Part shown: positions 1 through 7,972 of the stretch, piece by piece | How the letters are laid out: each line of letters starts with the position of its first letter | How positions within the stretch are numbered: the stretch's first letter is position 1 | Assembly: GCA_963778645.1 (NCBI GenBank) | Contig: CAVZVH010000026.1 | Coordinates: 787,841 to 851,840, forward strand | DNA: 64,000 bases | Reading direction: 5' to 3' | Source of the DNA: an uncultured Chloroflexia bacterium | Lineage (GTDB): Bacteria; Chloroflexota; Limnocylindria; Limnocylindrales; CSP1-4 | The notes under the pieces: generated by a model | The model's input: the letters and a program-made list of their open reading frames with translations, nothing else | Databases searched by the model: none | What the model was told of the DNA's origin: nothing | Program-made: the position numbers and the translations under genes

Positions 1-1
1 C

Positions 2-1774
2 GAATGGGACCTGCCGTTCGCCAAGTGGTTCACCGGCGGCAAGCTGAACATCAGCTACAACTGCCTCGATCGTCACGTCGCCAACGGGCTCGGCGACAAG
101 GTCGCCTACCACTGGATCGGCGAGCCAGGCGATACCCGGACGCTGACCTACGCCGATCTCCTGCGGGAGGTCTCCAAGACGACCAATGCCCTGGTGGAGC
201 TGGGCATCAAGACCGGCGACCGCGTCGCGATCTACATGCCCATGATCCCCGAGCTGCCGATCGCGATGCTGGCCTGTGCCCGGCTGGGGGCTCCCCATAC
301 GGTCGTCTTCGGCGGGTTCAGCGCGGAGGCGCTGCAGGATCGGATCAATGACGCCGAGGCCAAACTCGTCATCACCGCGGACGGCGGCTGGCGGCGGGGC
401 AAGGCCGCCGCCCTGAAGCCGGCCGTCGACGAAGCGTTGCAGACCACTCCGACCATCGAGCACACGCTGGTCGTCCGACGCGTGGGCGACGCGCTCGAAG
501 GTGGGACCGCGATGCAGGACGGCCGCGACCTGTGGTGGCACGACATCGTCGACCGCCAGTCCGAGGTCAGCCCCGCCGTCCCGCTGGACGCGGAACACAT
601 GCTCTACCTGCTCTACACCTCGGGGACGACGGCCAAGCCCAAGGGCATCATCCACACCACCGCGGGCTACCTGGTCGGTGCCAGCTTCACCCACGAGATG
701 GTGTTCGACGTGAAGCCCGATGACGTCTACTGGTGCGCGGCCGATGTCGGGTGGGTGACCGGCCACAGCTACATCGTGTACGGCCCCCTGGCGAATGCCA
801 CCACCAGCGTGCTCTACGAAGGCACGCCCGACAGCCCGTCCTGGGAGCGCTGGTGGCAGATCATCGAGGACTACAAGGTCTCGATCCTGTACTGCGCGCC
901 GACGGCCATCCGGGCCCACATGAAGCAGGGCCCGCAGTACGCCGCAAAGCACGACCTCGCGTCGCTGCGGGTGCTGGGCACGGTGGGCGAGCCGATCAAC
1001 CCCGAAGCGTGGCTCTGGTACCACGAGCACATCGGCGGCAGTCACACGCCGATCGTCGACACGTGGTGGCAGACCGAGACCGGGATGATCATGATCACGC
1101 CGCTCCCCGGGCTGACGTCAACGAAACCCGGCAGTGCCACGTTCCCGTTCCCGGGCATCGGCGCGGACGTGGTCGATGCCGACGGCAACTCGGTGCCGCT
1201 CGGCGGCGGCGGCTACCTCGTCCTGACTCGGCCGTGGCCGGCCATGCTGCGCGGGATCTACGGCGACCCGGAGCGCTACCGTCAGACCTACTGGAGTCGG
1301 TTCCCCGGGAAGTACTTCGCCGGCGACGGCGCCAAGCGCGACAAGGACGGCTACCTCTGGCTGCTGGGCCGCGTCGACGACGTGATGAACGTGTCCGGCC
1401 ACCGCATCAGCACGATCGAGGTGGAATCGGCGCTCGTCGACGACCGATCCGTCGCGGAGGCGGCGGTCGTCGGCAAGAACGACCCCATCACGGGCCAGGC
1501 GATCTTCGCGTTCGTCATCCCCAAGGTCGGCGTCGAAGCGAACGACGAGCTCGCCGCCCAGCTCCGCGAGCACGTCGCCAAGGTCATCGGGCCGATCGCC
1601 AAGCCCAAGTTCCTGATGTTCACGCCGGACCTGCCCAAGACGCGATCCGGCAAGATCATGCGCCGCCTCCTGCGCGACATCGCCGAGGGTCGCACGCTGG
1701 GCGATACGACCACGCTCGCCGACGGCGCCGTGGTGGAGACCATCCGCTCGAACACCGGATCCGCGGAGGAATGA
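2..1774 (+). CDS. acs: Acetyl-CoA synthetase (AMP-forming); 5' end truncated by the window edge
   Basis: The frame is open from nt 2 ('[25 protein letters not shown]...') and continuous with ORF 194..1774. Motifs seen: the AMP-binding signature '[11 protein letters not shown]', '[20 protein letters not shown]' and '[11 protein letters not shown]'. Confidence 0.95.
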   Translation, partial: EWDLPFAKWFTGGKLNISYNCLDRHVANGLGDKVAYHWIGEPGDTRTLTYADLLREVSKTTNALVELGIKTGDRVAIYMPMIPELPIAMLACARLGAPHTVVFGGFSAEALQDRINDAEAKLVITADGGWRRGKAAALKPAVDEALQTTPTIEHTLVVRRVGDALEGGTAMQDGRDLWWHDIVDRQSEVSPAVPLDAEHMLYLLYTSGTTAKPKGIIHTTAGYLVGASFTHEMVFDVKPDDVYWCAADVGWVTGHSYIVYGPLANATTSVLYEGTPDSPSWERWWQIIEDYKVSILYCAPTAIRAHMKQGPQYAAKHDLASLRVLGTVGEPINPEAWLWYHEHIGGSHTPIVDTWWQTETGMIMITPLPGLTSTKPGSATFPFPGIGADVVDADGNSVPLGGGGYLVLTRPWPAMLRGIYGDPERYRQTYWSRFPGKYFAGDGAKRDKDGYLWLLGRVDDVMNVSGHRISTIEVESALVDDRSVAEAAVVGKNDPITGQAIFAFVIPKVGVEANDELAAQLREHVAKVIGPIAKPKFLMFTPDLPKTRSGKIMRRLLRDIAEGRTLGDTTTLADGAVVETIRSNTGSAEE

Positions 1775-1775
1775 C

Positions 1776-2525
1776 GTGCCCTTCGATTTCCTGAAGCGCA
1801 AGAAGATCGTCCCGGACTCGGTCGCGGTCGTGCCGGTGACCAAGGCGCCCGGCATGACCCCAGCGCCCGGAGCCGACGCCCCCAGCGACGCGTCGTCGGA
1901 TGCGTCGGCGATCCCCGCGGCCCTGATCACCGACCCGCCGATCCCCTCAGGCAGCGGTCGCGGGATCCCCTTCGATGCCTTGACCGAGGAATGGCGGCTG
2001 GTCGGGCGGATGGCCGTCGACGGGCGCCTCTCGGACACCCTGAACCGGCGCGAACCGATCGAGATCAACGAGGTCCAGTGGGCGCCGCTCGATGGTTCCG
2101 AGCCGTTCAGCGAGGCGCCGGGGCTCAAGGCGATCGATCCCTATGACCTGATCCTCGTGCTGGCGGGGGAGACCTCGCTACCATCGATGAGCACGGACGA
2201 GGCGGCCGCGCACCGGATCCACAAGGTCTCGTACGACCTGCTGCTGGAGGCGCCGCCGTACCGGATCGTCGGGACGGTCCACCTCTATCCGGGGACCGAT
2301 CCGCTACGGCTCCTGGATCGATCGAGCGAGATGTTCGTGCCGGTGGTGCACGCGCGGGCATCGATGGACGAACAGCCCATCGCGACCGATGCGGACGTGA
2401 TCCTGGTCAACCGTCTCTATCTGCGGGGGGTGTCGCAGGTCGACCGTTCGACCGGTGAACGAGCGGAGCCCATCCCCGGCCTGCCGGCAGCCAGCCGGGT
2501 GGAGAAGGTGGAGGACGAGTCCTAG
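1776..2525 (+). CDS. Hypothetical protein, remote paralogue of ORF 50324..50935
   Basis: GTG start 1 nt after the acs stop. The N-terminus is P/A/S/D-rich and a globular domain follows. It shares the ordered pattern 'W.PLDG ... D.LIV ... PG.DP.R.L.R.S.EF/MFV ... NR' with 50324..50935. Confidence 0.6.
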   Translation: MPFDFLKRKKIVPDSVAVVPVTKAPGMTPAPGADAPSDASSDASAIPAALITDPPIPSGSGRGIPFDALTEEWRLVGRMAVDGRLSDTLNRREPIEINEVQWAPLDGSEPFSEAPGLKAIDPYDLILVLAGETSLPSMSTDEAAAHRIHKVSYDLLLEAPPYRIVGTVHLYPGTDPLRLLDRSSEMFVPVVHARASMDEQPIATDADVILVNRLYLRGVSQVDRSTGERAEPIPGLPAASRVEKVEDES

Positions 2526-2546
2526 CCGGGGCGAGGTCCGAACGAC

Positions 2547-3788
2547 CTAGCCGACTCGGATCCCGACGCTTTCCTTCTGGCGCGCGAAGATCCGGAGACC
2601 TTGCTTCGTGGTGGACGTCGCGGTGGCGGCGACACCGAACATGGCGTCGGCCAGCCCATCGAAGTCGGTGGTGATCCGTTCCTTCGGGAACATCTCGATG
2701 ACCGTGCGGCCCTCGTTCGCGGCGCGCACGAAGAGCAGCCCACCGGATCGGATCAGGGCCAGGGCCGGCATCCCGACGGTCCGCTCCATGTCCTGGACGC
2801 CCACGCCGCTGTTGGCGCGGTTGACGACCATGGCCAGGCGGTCCCGATAGCCCTCGGCCGTCGCGACGTCGCGCAGCTGGACGGCGGCGCGGATCGCGGG
2901 CACGTCCGGCGTGACCGGCACGAGGATCTTGTCGGCGATCTCGAAGACGGCCTGGTTGAGTTCGCTATAGGAGGGGTGCAGGTCGATGACGATGACGTCG
3001 AAGGCGCTCCGGGCGGCGGCGATCTCCGCGGCGACGCGGGCCGGGTCGAGGATCTCGGCGTTCAGCGGCGAGTCGGTCAGTGACACGACCTTCATGCCCG
3101 ATGCGTGCGCCGACGCGATCTCGACCAGGGTCTCGGCCGGACCGCCTTCGGCCTCGTCTCGCCAACTGTCGGCGACCGTGCGCACCGCGTCGATGCCGAG
3201 CGACGTCGTTACGTGGCCGGTGACCGTGTCGGCGTCGATGAGCAGCACCGAACGTCCGCGTCGGGTCTGCAGGGTCGATGCCAGGTTCGTCGCGACGGTG
3301 GTCTTGCCGACGCCGCCCTTCGGATTGAAGATGACGACGATCGTGCCGCTCCGGTCGGTCCAGCCATCCATCTTGACGTTCGCGTCGTGGAGGATCGGGC
3401 CACTCCCGTCGTCGATCGTGGTCCGCCGGATGCACATGGCCTCGACGCGCCAGCGGATCGAGTCCGGTGTGAACGGCCGCGTCAGGTATTCGTCCTCGAC
3501 GGCATCCGAATGCCCGGCGAGCCGGTCGAATGACTCCGCCGACACGACCATGAGCGCGGGGATCGACTGGTCGCCATCGTGCAGCGCGGCGTAGTACTCG
3601 AGCGACTCGTCGAAGTCCGTCTCGCCATCGAGGATGGCGACGGCGACATCGGTCCGTTCGGCCAGGATGGCTTCGAGCTCGGCCGGTCCGTGGACCTCGA
3701 ATGCCTCGAATCCGGCGCCGGCCAGCTCGGCGACGACCGATTCAGACTCGGCCGCTGGGAGCGCGACGACGACGGCTGGACGGGTCAC
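2547..3788 (-). CDS. ParA/MinD-family (CpaE/TadZ-like) ATPase with an N-terminal degenerate receiver-like domain
   Basis: Deviant Walker A with signature Lys: 'VIFNPKGGVGKTTVATNL'. 'LLIDADT' also present. The N-terminal ~120 aa follow the receiver pattern but lack the DD pair ('ALPAAESE') and have R in place of the conserved K ('YLTRPF'). GTG start is preceded by GAGAGGAG, 27 nt after the upstream stop. Confidence 0.85.
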   Translation of the reverse strand: MTRPAVVVALPAAESESVVAELAGAGFEAFEVHGPAELEAILAERTDVAVAILDGETDFDESLEYYAALHDGDQSIPALMVVSAESFDRLAGHSDAVEDEYLTRPFTPDSIRWRVEAMCIRRTTIDDGSGPILHDANVKMDGWTDRSGTIVVIFNPKGGVGKTTVATNLASTLQTRRGRSVLLIDADTVTGHVTTSLGIDAVRTVADSWRDEAEGGPAETLVEIASAHASGMKVVSLTDSPLNAEILDPARVAAEIAAARSAFDVIVIDLHPSYSELNQAVFEIADKILVPVTPDVPAIRAAVQLRDVATAEGYRDRLAMVVNRANSGVGVQDMERTVGMPALALIRSGGLLFVRAANEGRTVIEMFPKERITTDFDGLADAMFGVAATATSTTKQGLRIFARQKESVGIRVG

Positions 3789-3815
3789 TCTGGCTCCTCT
3801 CGATCAGATCGCGAG

Positions 3816-5348
3816 TCAGTCGTGCGCTTCTGGGTCGCGCGCGGTGACGACGAAGCCATCCTCCGAGTCCCCGGTCACCCGGGCGTTGAAGCCGGGAAGA
3901 CCCGGGATGACTTCCTTGAGGTTGACGTCGGGGTGGTGGCTCACCATGAAGACGAACTCGCCATCCGGACCGGACGTGACGCCGACCGACGCCACACCCT
4001 GGGTGCGGGCGACGCCGCGCTTGAAGCCCGCGATGCTGGCCACGCTGACCAGGCCGCTGACGACGACCTTGGTCGTCAGGCGCTCGCTGAGTTCACCGGC
4101 TTCGCTGGGCGGAACGAGACCGGCCAGGCGGGCGGCGACGACCTCTTCGGCGATCGTCGGGATCTCCTGATCGGGTTCGTCAGCGGCCTCGACACCGGCG
4201 TCCGACTCGGCAGCGGACATCTCGGCCTCCGCCTCGGCGGCGGCGAAGTCCGGGCTCAGGCCGAGCATCGCGAGGCGCGGATCGTCGGCGTCGACGGTCT
4301 CTGCGCCATCGGTCGGGGTCTCGCCGCTCCCCTCGGGAACCTTGGCGGTCTCGACCGCCGCTTCCGGCGAGTCTGCCTCGTTGGCGTCTTCAGGGGCCGC
4401 CTCGACGACCTCGGCGACCGCCTCGACGACGGGTGCCTCGACGACGGGTGCCTCGACGACGGGTGTCGCCGCCTCGGTCTCCACCTCGACTGCGGGCGCC
4501 TCGACGGCGGCCTTGGTCTTCGCTTGGGCCGGTGCCGTCCCGATCAAGGCCGCCGGGGGCTCGCTCGATGGGTTGTCCAGGCTCGGCGGCTCAGGCAGCT
4601 GTTCGGCCATCGCGGCGAACGTGGCGGGATCTCCCTCGGCAAACAGTCGCTCGCAGAAGGCGGCCATCTCGGCCTCGAAGGCCGCGACGCTGCCGCTGAT
4701 GAGTTCGATCCGGCGCTCGATCACACCGGCGTGGTCCTCGAGCTCGCCTTCGAGATACGACTTGCGCGCACTGATCCGGGTCTCGGTCTCTTCGCGGATG
4801 CGCGAGATCTCGCCCTTGGACCATTCGCGGATCGCGGCGACATCGTCGTCGGCGGACCGGCGCAGCTCGGTGATCTCGTCCGCCGCGGCGGCCTGCACGC
4901 GCTCGGTGGCCGTTTTCGCCTCGGCGGCGAATCGCTCGAGGGTCTCGGTGCTGGCGGCCTCGGCGGTCGTCTGCATCGCCTTCGTCAGGTCGGCGAGGAA
5001 CTTGGTCGACTTGACCGACTTCTTGGCGGCCGGTGTAGCCTCGTCGACCGCGGCCGGGACCTCGGCGACGGCGGCCTTGTCGGCCGGGGCGCTCACAGCT
5101 TCGGCTTCAGCCTGGGCTTCGGTCGCGACGATCGCTTCGGTCGAATCGGAGTCCTGGGCGGCGGGAGAGGCGTCGATCATGGCGTGGCCTTCGGCCTCCT
5201 CGGTCGCGGGGGCGTCGCCGGGATCGGCGGACGTGTCAGTGGCCGCACCCGTGGGGTCGCTGGCGTCGGCACGGTCCGAGCTCCACGGAAGCCGGAAGCC
5301 GGGTCGTGTGTCCGTCTGTGCCATGGCGTCGGAATCCTCGCTGGTCAT
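3816..5348 (-). CDS. Acidic Ala/Glu-rich protein: disordered N-terminus, central coiled coil, PVVEA repeats, C-terminal globular domain
   Basis: I chose the start at 'MTSEDSDAMAQ' (ATG 5348) because the upstream part of ORF 3816..5567 is R/P-rich junk. A heptad-like segment reads 'EITELRRSADDDVAAIREWSKGEISRIREETETRISARKSYLEGELEDHAGVIERRIELI'. The C-terminal ~110 aa read 'VVVSGLVSVASIAGFKRG...FVVTARDPE'. The gene lies directly upstream of the ParA-like gene. Confidence 0.7.
   Translation of the reverse strand: MTSEDSDAMAQTDTRPGFRLPWSSDRADASDPTGAATDTSADPGDAPATEEAEGHAMIDASPAAQDSDSTEAIVATEAQAEAEAVSAPADKAAVAEVPAAVDEATPAAKKSVKSTKFLADLTKAMQTTAEAASTETLERFAAEAKTATERVQAAAADEITELRRSADDDVAAIREWSKGEISRIREETETRISARKSYLEGELEDHAGVIERRIELISGSVAAFEAEMAAFCERLFAEGDPATFAAMAEQLPEPPSLDNPSSEPPAALIGTAPAQAKTKAAVEAPAVEVETEAATPVVEAPVVEAPVVEAVAEVVEAAPEDANEADSPEAAVETAKVPEGSGETPTDGAETVDADDPRLAMLGLSPDFAAAEAEAEMSAAESDAGVEAADEPDQEIPTIAEEVVAARLAGLVPPSEAGELSERLTTKVVVSGLVSVASIAGFKRGVARTQGVASVGVTSGPDGEFVFMVSHHPDVNLKEVIPGLPGFNARVTGDSEDGFVVTARDPEAHD
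4421..4465 (-). repeat. Three perfect tandem copies of a 15-bp unit inside the coiled-coil gene
   Basis: 'cctcgacgacgggtg' occurs at 4421-4435, 4436-4450 and 4451-4465, encoding PVVEA x3 on the minus strand. Confidence 0.95.
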
Positions 5349-5462
5349 AGTGGTTGGCTCTTCAATCGGTCGAGCGTGTCGAGGCGGACGGCCTGGGGGG
5401 CCGGGCATCCGGGACGTGGAGGCATCGTGCCAGCGGTGGTCGGTCCGGTGCAGTTCGCTAGA

Positions 5463-5490
5463 GGTACCAGCGGTGTGCGCCGGTGGTACC
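5463..5490. promoter_or_regulatory. Inverted repeat in the divergent promoter region between 3816..5348(-) and moaA(+)
   Basis: GGTACCAGCGG-tgtgcg-CCGGTGGTACC, with 10 of 11 arm positions complementary. Confidence 0.4.
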
Positions 5491-5590
5491 GGCGGCTGGC
5501 CGGGACCGGGCGGCCGATCGGGAGTGTTGCGGCCACGCGCCACACGTTCGCCGCAAAGGCCGTTCACGAGCCAGGGGCTACGATAGCGCG

Positions 5591-6652
5591 ATGGAACTCC
5601 CGGCCACGTTCGACGGACGCCCAGGTGTGACCGACACGCTGGGCCGCGCCATGCGTGACCTCCGCATCTCCGTGACCGATCGATGCAACTTCCGCTGCAC
5701 GTATTGCATGCCCAAGGAGGTGTTCGGTCGCGACTACGAGTTCCTGCCCAAGGACCAGGTCCTCTCGTTCGAGGAGATCGAGCGGGTCGCAGGCGCCTTC
5801 GTCGCGCTCGGTGTCGAGAAGCTGCGGATCACGGGCGGCGAGCCATTGGTCCGGCGTGACCTGCCCGACCTCATCGCGATGCTGGCCTCCCTGCGACGAC
5901 CGGATGGCGCCGGGATCGACCTGACGCTGACCACCAACGGGTCGGCGCTGCGCACCCTGGCCCGTCCACTGGCGGCAGCAGGGCTGCGACGCGTGACGGT
6001 CTCGCTGGATTCGCTCGACGATTCGGTCTTCGGGGCCATGAACGGGATCGACTTCCCGGTGGCGAAGGTGCTCGACGGGATCGATGCGGCGATCGAGGCG
6101 GGCCTGGCGCCGGTCAAGGTCAACATGGTCGTGCGGCGCGGCGTGAACGAGTCGAGCATCGTGCCGATGGCGGCGTGGGCGCGGGAGACCGGGGTGATCC
6201 TCCGGTTCATCGAATACATGGATGTCGGGCACTCCAACGGTTGGCGCCTGGACGAGGTCGTCCCGGCGGCCGAACTGGTCGAGCTGATCGGCGCCACCTG
6301 GCCCGTCGAGCCCGCGGACCCGTCCTACCGCGGCGAGGTCGCCGACCGCTGGCGGTACGCCGACGGGGCGGGCGAGTTCGGGGTGATCTCGTCGGTCACG
6401 ATGCCGTTCTGCGGCGATTGCACACGCGCGCGCCTGTCGGCCGACGGCAAGCTCTACACGTGCCTCTTCGCGGTCGAGGGTACCGACGTCCGGGAGGTCA
6501 TCCGCGGTGGCGCCTCGGACGAGGCGCTGATCGCGTTCGTCGAAGGCGTCTGGTCTCGCCGCGGCGACCGGTACTCCGAGCTGCGTTCCGCGGCGACCTC
6601 GGCCTCGACCTCGTCGTTGCCCAAGGTCGAGATGTTCGCGATGGGCGGCTGA
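5591..6652 (+). CDS. moaA: GTP 3',8-cyclase (molybdenum cofactor biosynthesis, radical SAM)
   Basis: 'RISVTDRCNFRCTYCMP' (CxxxCxxC), 'LRITGGEPLVRRD', and the C-terminal second-cluster cysteines 'MPFCGDCTRARLSADGKLYTC'. Start taken at ATG 5591 ('MELPATFDG'); the longer ORF start at 5483 gives an R-rich, unlikely N-terminus. Confidence 0.93.
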   Translation: MELPATFDGRPGVTDTLGRAMRDLRISVTDRCNFRCTYCMPKEVFGRDYEFLPKDQVLSFEEIERVAGAFVALGVEKLRITGGEPLVRRDLPDLIAMLASLRRPDGAGIDLTLTTNGSALRTLARPLAAAGLRRVTVSLDSLDDSVFGAMNGIDFPVAKVLDGIDAAIEAGLAPVKVNMVVRRGVNESSIVPMAAWARETGVILRFIEYMDVGHSNGWRLDEVVPAAELVELIGATWPVEPADPSYRGEVADRWRYADGAGEFGVISSVTMPFCGDCTRARLSADGKLYTCLFAVEGTDVREVIRGGASDEALIAFVEGVWSRRGDRYSELRSAATSASTSSLPKVEMFAMGG

Positions 6653-6719
6653 CGGACGATCGATCGTGCGGCCGACAGGGGGCTCCGGCTCGTCCACACC
6701 TTTTCCACACGATGAACGA

Positions 6720-6764
6720 ACTTCGTGGATACGATCCGGCGCCTCCGGCCGCACTTCGTGGATA
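6720..6764 (+). promoter_or_regulatory. Direct 12-bp repeats upstream of a candidate promoter for the purine nucleoside phosphorylase gene
   Basis: 'ACTTCGTGGATA' occurs at 6720-6731 and 6753-6764 (33-bp period). It is followed by TTGACC (6771-6776), an 18-nt spacer, then TACCGT. Confidence 0.35.
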
Positions 6765-7045
6765 ACCGCGTTGACCCGTCCACGACCCGGCCCGTACCGT
6801 AGGTCTTGCCCGAAGGGGCCGACAGGAACGAAGAAACCGAGATCGCATCAAGGGTTTTCGGTCCGCCGCCGGTCGCTTCGGGCGCTTCGTTGCCCGGGTC
6901 GGGTGGTCGTCTCACCACGGCTTCCCCCGCGGGTTCGTGCCCGACGGGACGTGATCGGCATCCCGGTGTCGATACTTCCGTCGGGCCGACGAAGTCTGCG
7001 GGCCCTCGGCCGTCTACCCCCTGGACGCGAATCCTGGAGGCCCGC

Positions 7046-7945
7046 ATGACCGACCTGCCACTCCCTGCCGACGCGGGTCAGCGCCTGGATCCGACCCGTC
7101 CCATCCCCCCGGCCGGACAGCCGGCACGCCTCGCCATGCTCGAGGCGGCGGTCCGCGAGTTCACGCCGCTCGTCCCGGAGGTCGGGATCGTCCTCGGGTC
7201 CGGCCTCGGCGGCCTGGCCGACGACCTGGAGGACGCCGTCGCGATCCGCTTCGGCGACCTGCCCGGCTGGCCGGCCGCGACGGCACCGGGTCACGTCGGC
7301 CGGCTCCTCCTCGGCACCCTGGCGGGCAGGCCGGTCATCATGCTCCAAGGCCGGTTCCACCTGTACGAGGGCAACCACCCGGGCCTCGTCGTTCAGCCGG
7401 TCCTGCTGTTCCAGCGGCTGGGGGCCTCGGTGGTGGTGCTGACCAATGCAGCCGGTGGCCTCGACCCGTCATTCGGGCCCGGCACGCTCATGGTCATGCG
7501 CGACCACATCAACCTGACCGGCCAGAATCCACTGCTCGGGCCGAACGCCGACGAGATGGGCCCACGTTTCCCGGACCTGACGGACGCCTGGAGCCCGCGG
7601 CTCCGGGAGCGACTGCACTCCGCCGCGAAGGCCGAGGACGTGAGTCTGGAGGAGGGCGTCTACGTCGGCCTCAGCGGACCGAACTACGAGACCCCGGCGG
7701 AGGTCCGCATGTACGCGGGGCTTGGCGGCCACGCCGTCGGCATGTCGACGGTCCTCGAGTGCATCGCCGCCCGCTGGGTCGGGCTGGAGGTATGCGGTGT
7801 GTCGCTCGTCACGAACGCGGGGGCCGGCTACTCGGGTCAGCCTCTGACGCACGAGGAAGTGCTCGAAGCGGGTGCGGTGGCCGGGCCACGGCTGGCACGG
7901 GTCATCAAGCGGTTCGTGTCGGAGCTGCCGCCGCGCGAAGGCTGA
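7046..7945 (+). CDS. punA: Purine nucleoside phosphorylase (PunA/PNP family I)
   Basis: 'GIVLGSGLGGLAD', 'GRFHLYEG', 'LTNAAGG', 'GLSGPNYETPAE', 'VGMSTVLE', 'VSLVTNAGAG'. ATG 7046 is preceded by CTGGAGG. Confidence 0.9.
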   Translation: MTDLPLPADAGQRLDPTRPIPPAGQPARLAMLEAAVREFTPLVPEVGIVLGSGLGGLADDLEDAVAIRFGDLPGWPAATAPGHVGRLLLGTLAGRPVIMLQGRFHLYEGNHPGLVVQPVLLFQRLGASVVVLTNAAGGLDPSFGPGTLMVMRDHINLTGQNPLLGPNADEMGPRFPDLTDAWSPRLRERLHSAAKAEDVSLEEGVYVGLSGPNYETPAEVRMYAGLGGHAVGMSTVLECIAARWVGLEVCGVSLVTNAGAGYSGQPLTHEEVLEAGAVAGPRLARVIKRFVSELPPREG

Positions 7946-7972
7946 GCGGTCGGCCTGCGCGGCGCCCATGCC

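Noticed and set aside
5349-5590. A possible molybdenum-cofactor (Moco) riboswitch upstream of moaA.
   Set aside because: I looked for the conserved elements I remember from the Moco RNA motif (GCCUCC and GGAAAGG-type segments) and did not find them. A cmsearch run would be needed to be certain.
3579-5630. A 683-aa plus-strand ORF, plus similar long ORFs at 10928..12175(+), 58626..59687(+), 24230..25357(-) and 60566..61552(-).
   Set aside because: All are antisense or out of frame relative to genes with strong domain evidence. Their composition is typical of GC-rich shadow frames (R/G/P/D runs).
6715-6765. 'CGTGGATA' resembling the P2/L2 part of the guanine riboswitch, upstream of a purine-salvage gene.
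   Set aside because: The rest of the purine-riboswitch core (the L3/J3-1 'CCGUAAAUGUCCGACUA'-like segment and P1) is absent. The motif occurs as a DNA-style direct repeat, so I treated it as a protein-binding site candidate instead.
6806-7045. Long N-terminal extensions offered by the ORF track: punA from 6806, moaA from 5483, the SpoIID gene from 33982, ridA from 35913, the helicase from 52889, and the coiled-coil gene from 5567.
   Set aside because: The extensions are R/P/G-rich and lack SD sequences. Internal starts with good SDs coincide with the expected family N-termini or signal peptides.
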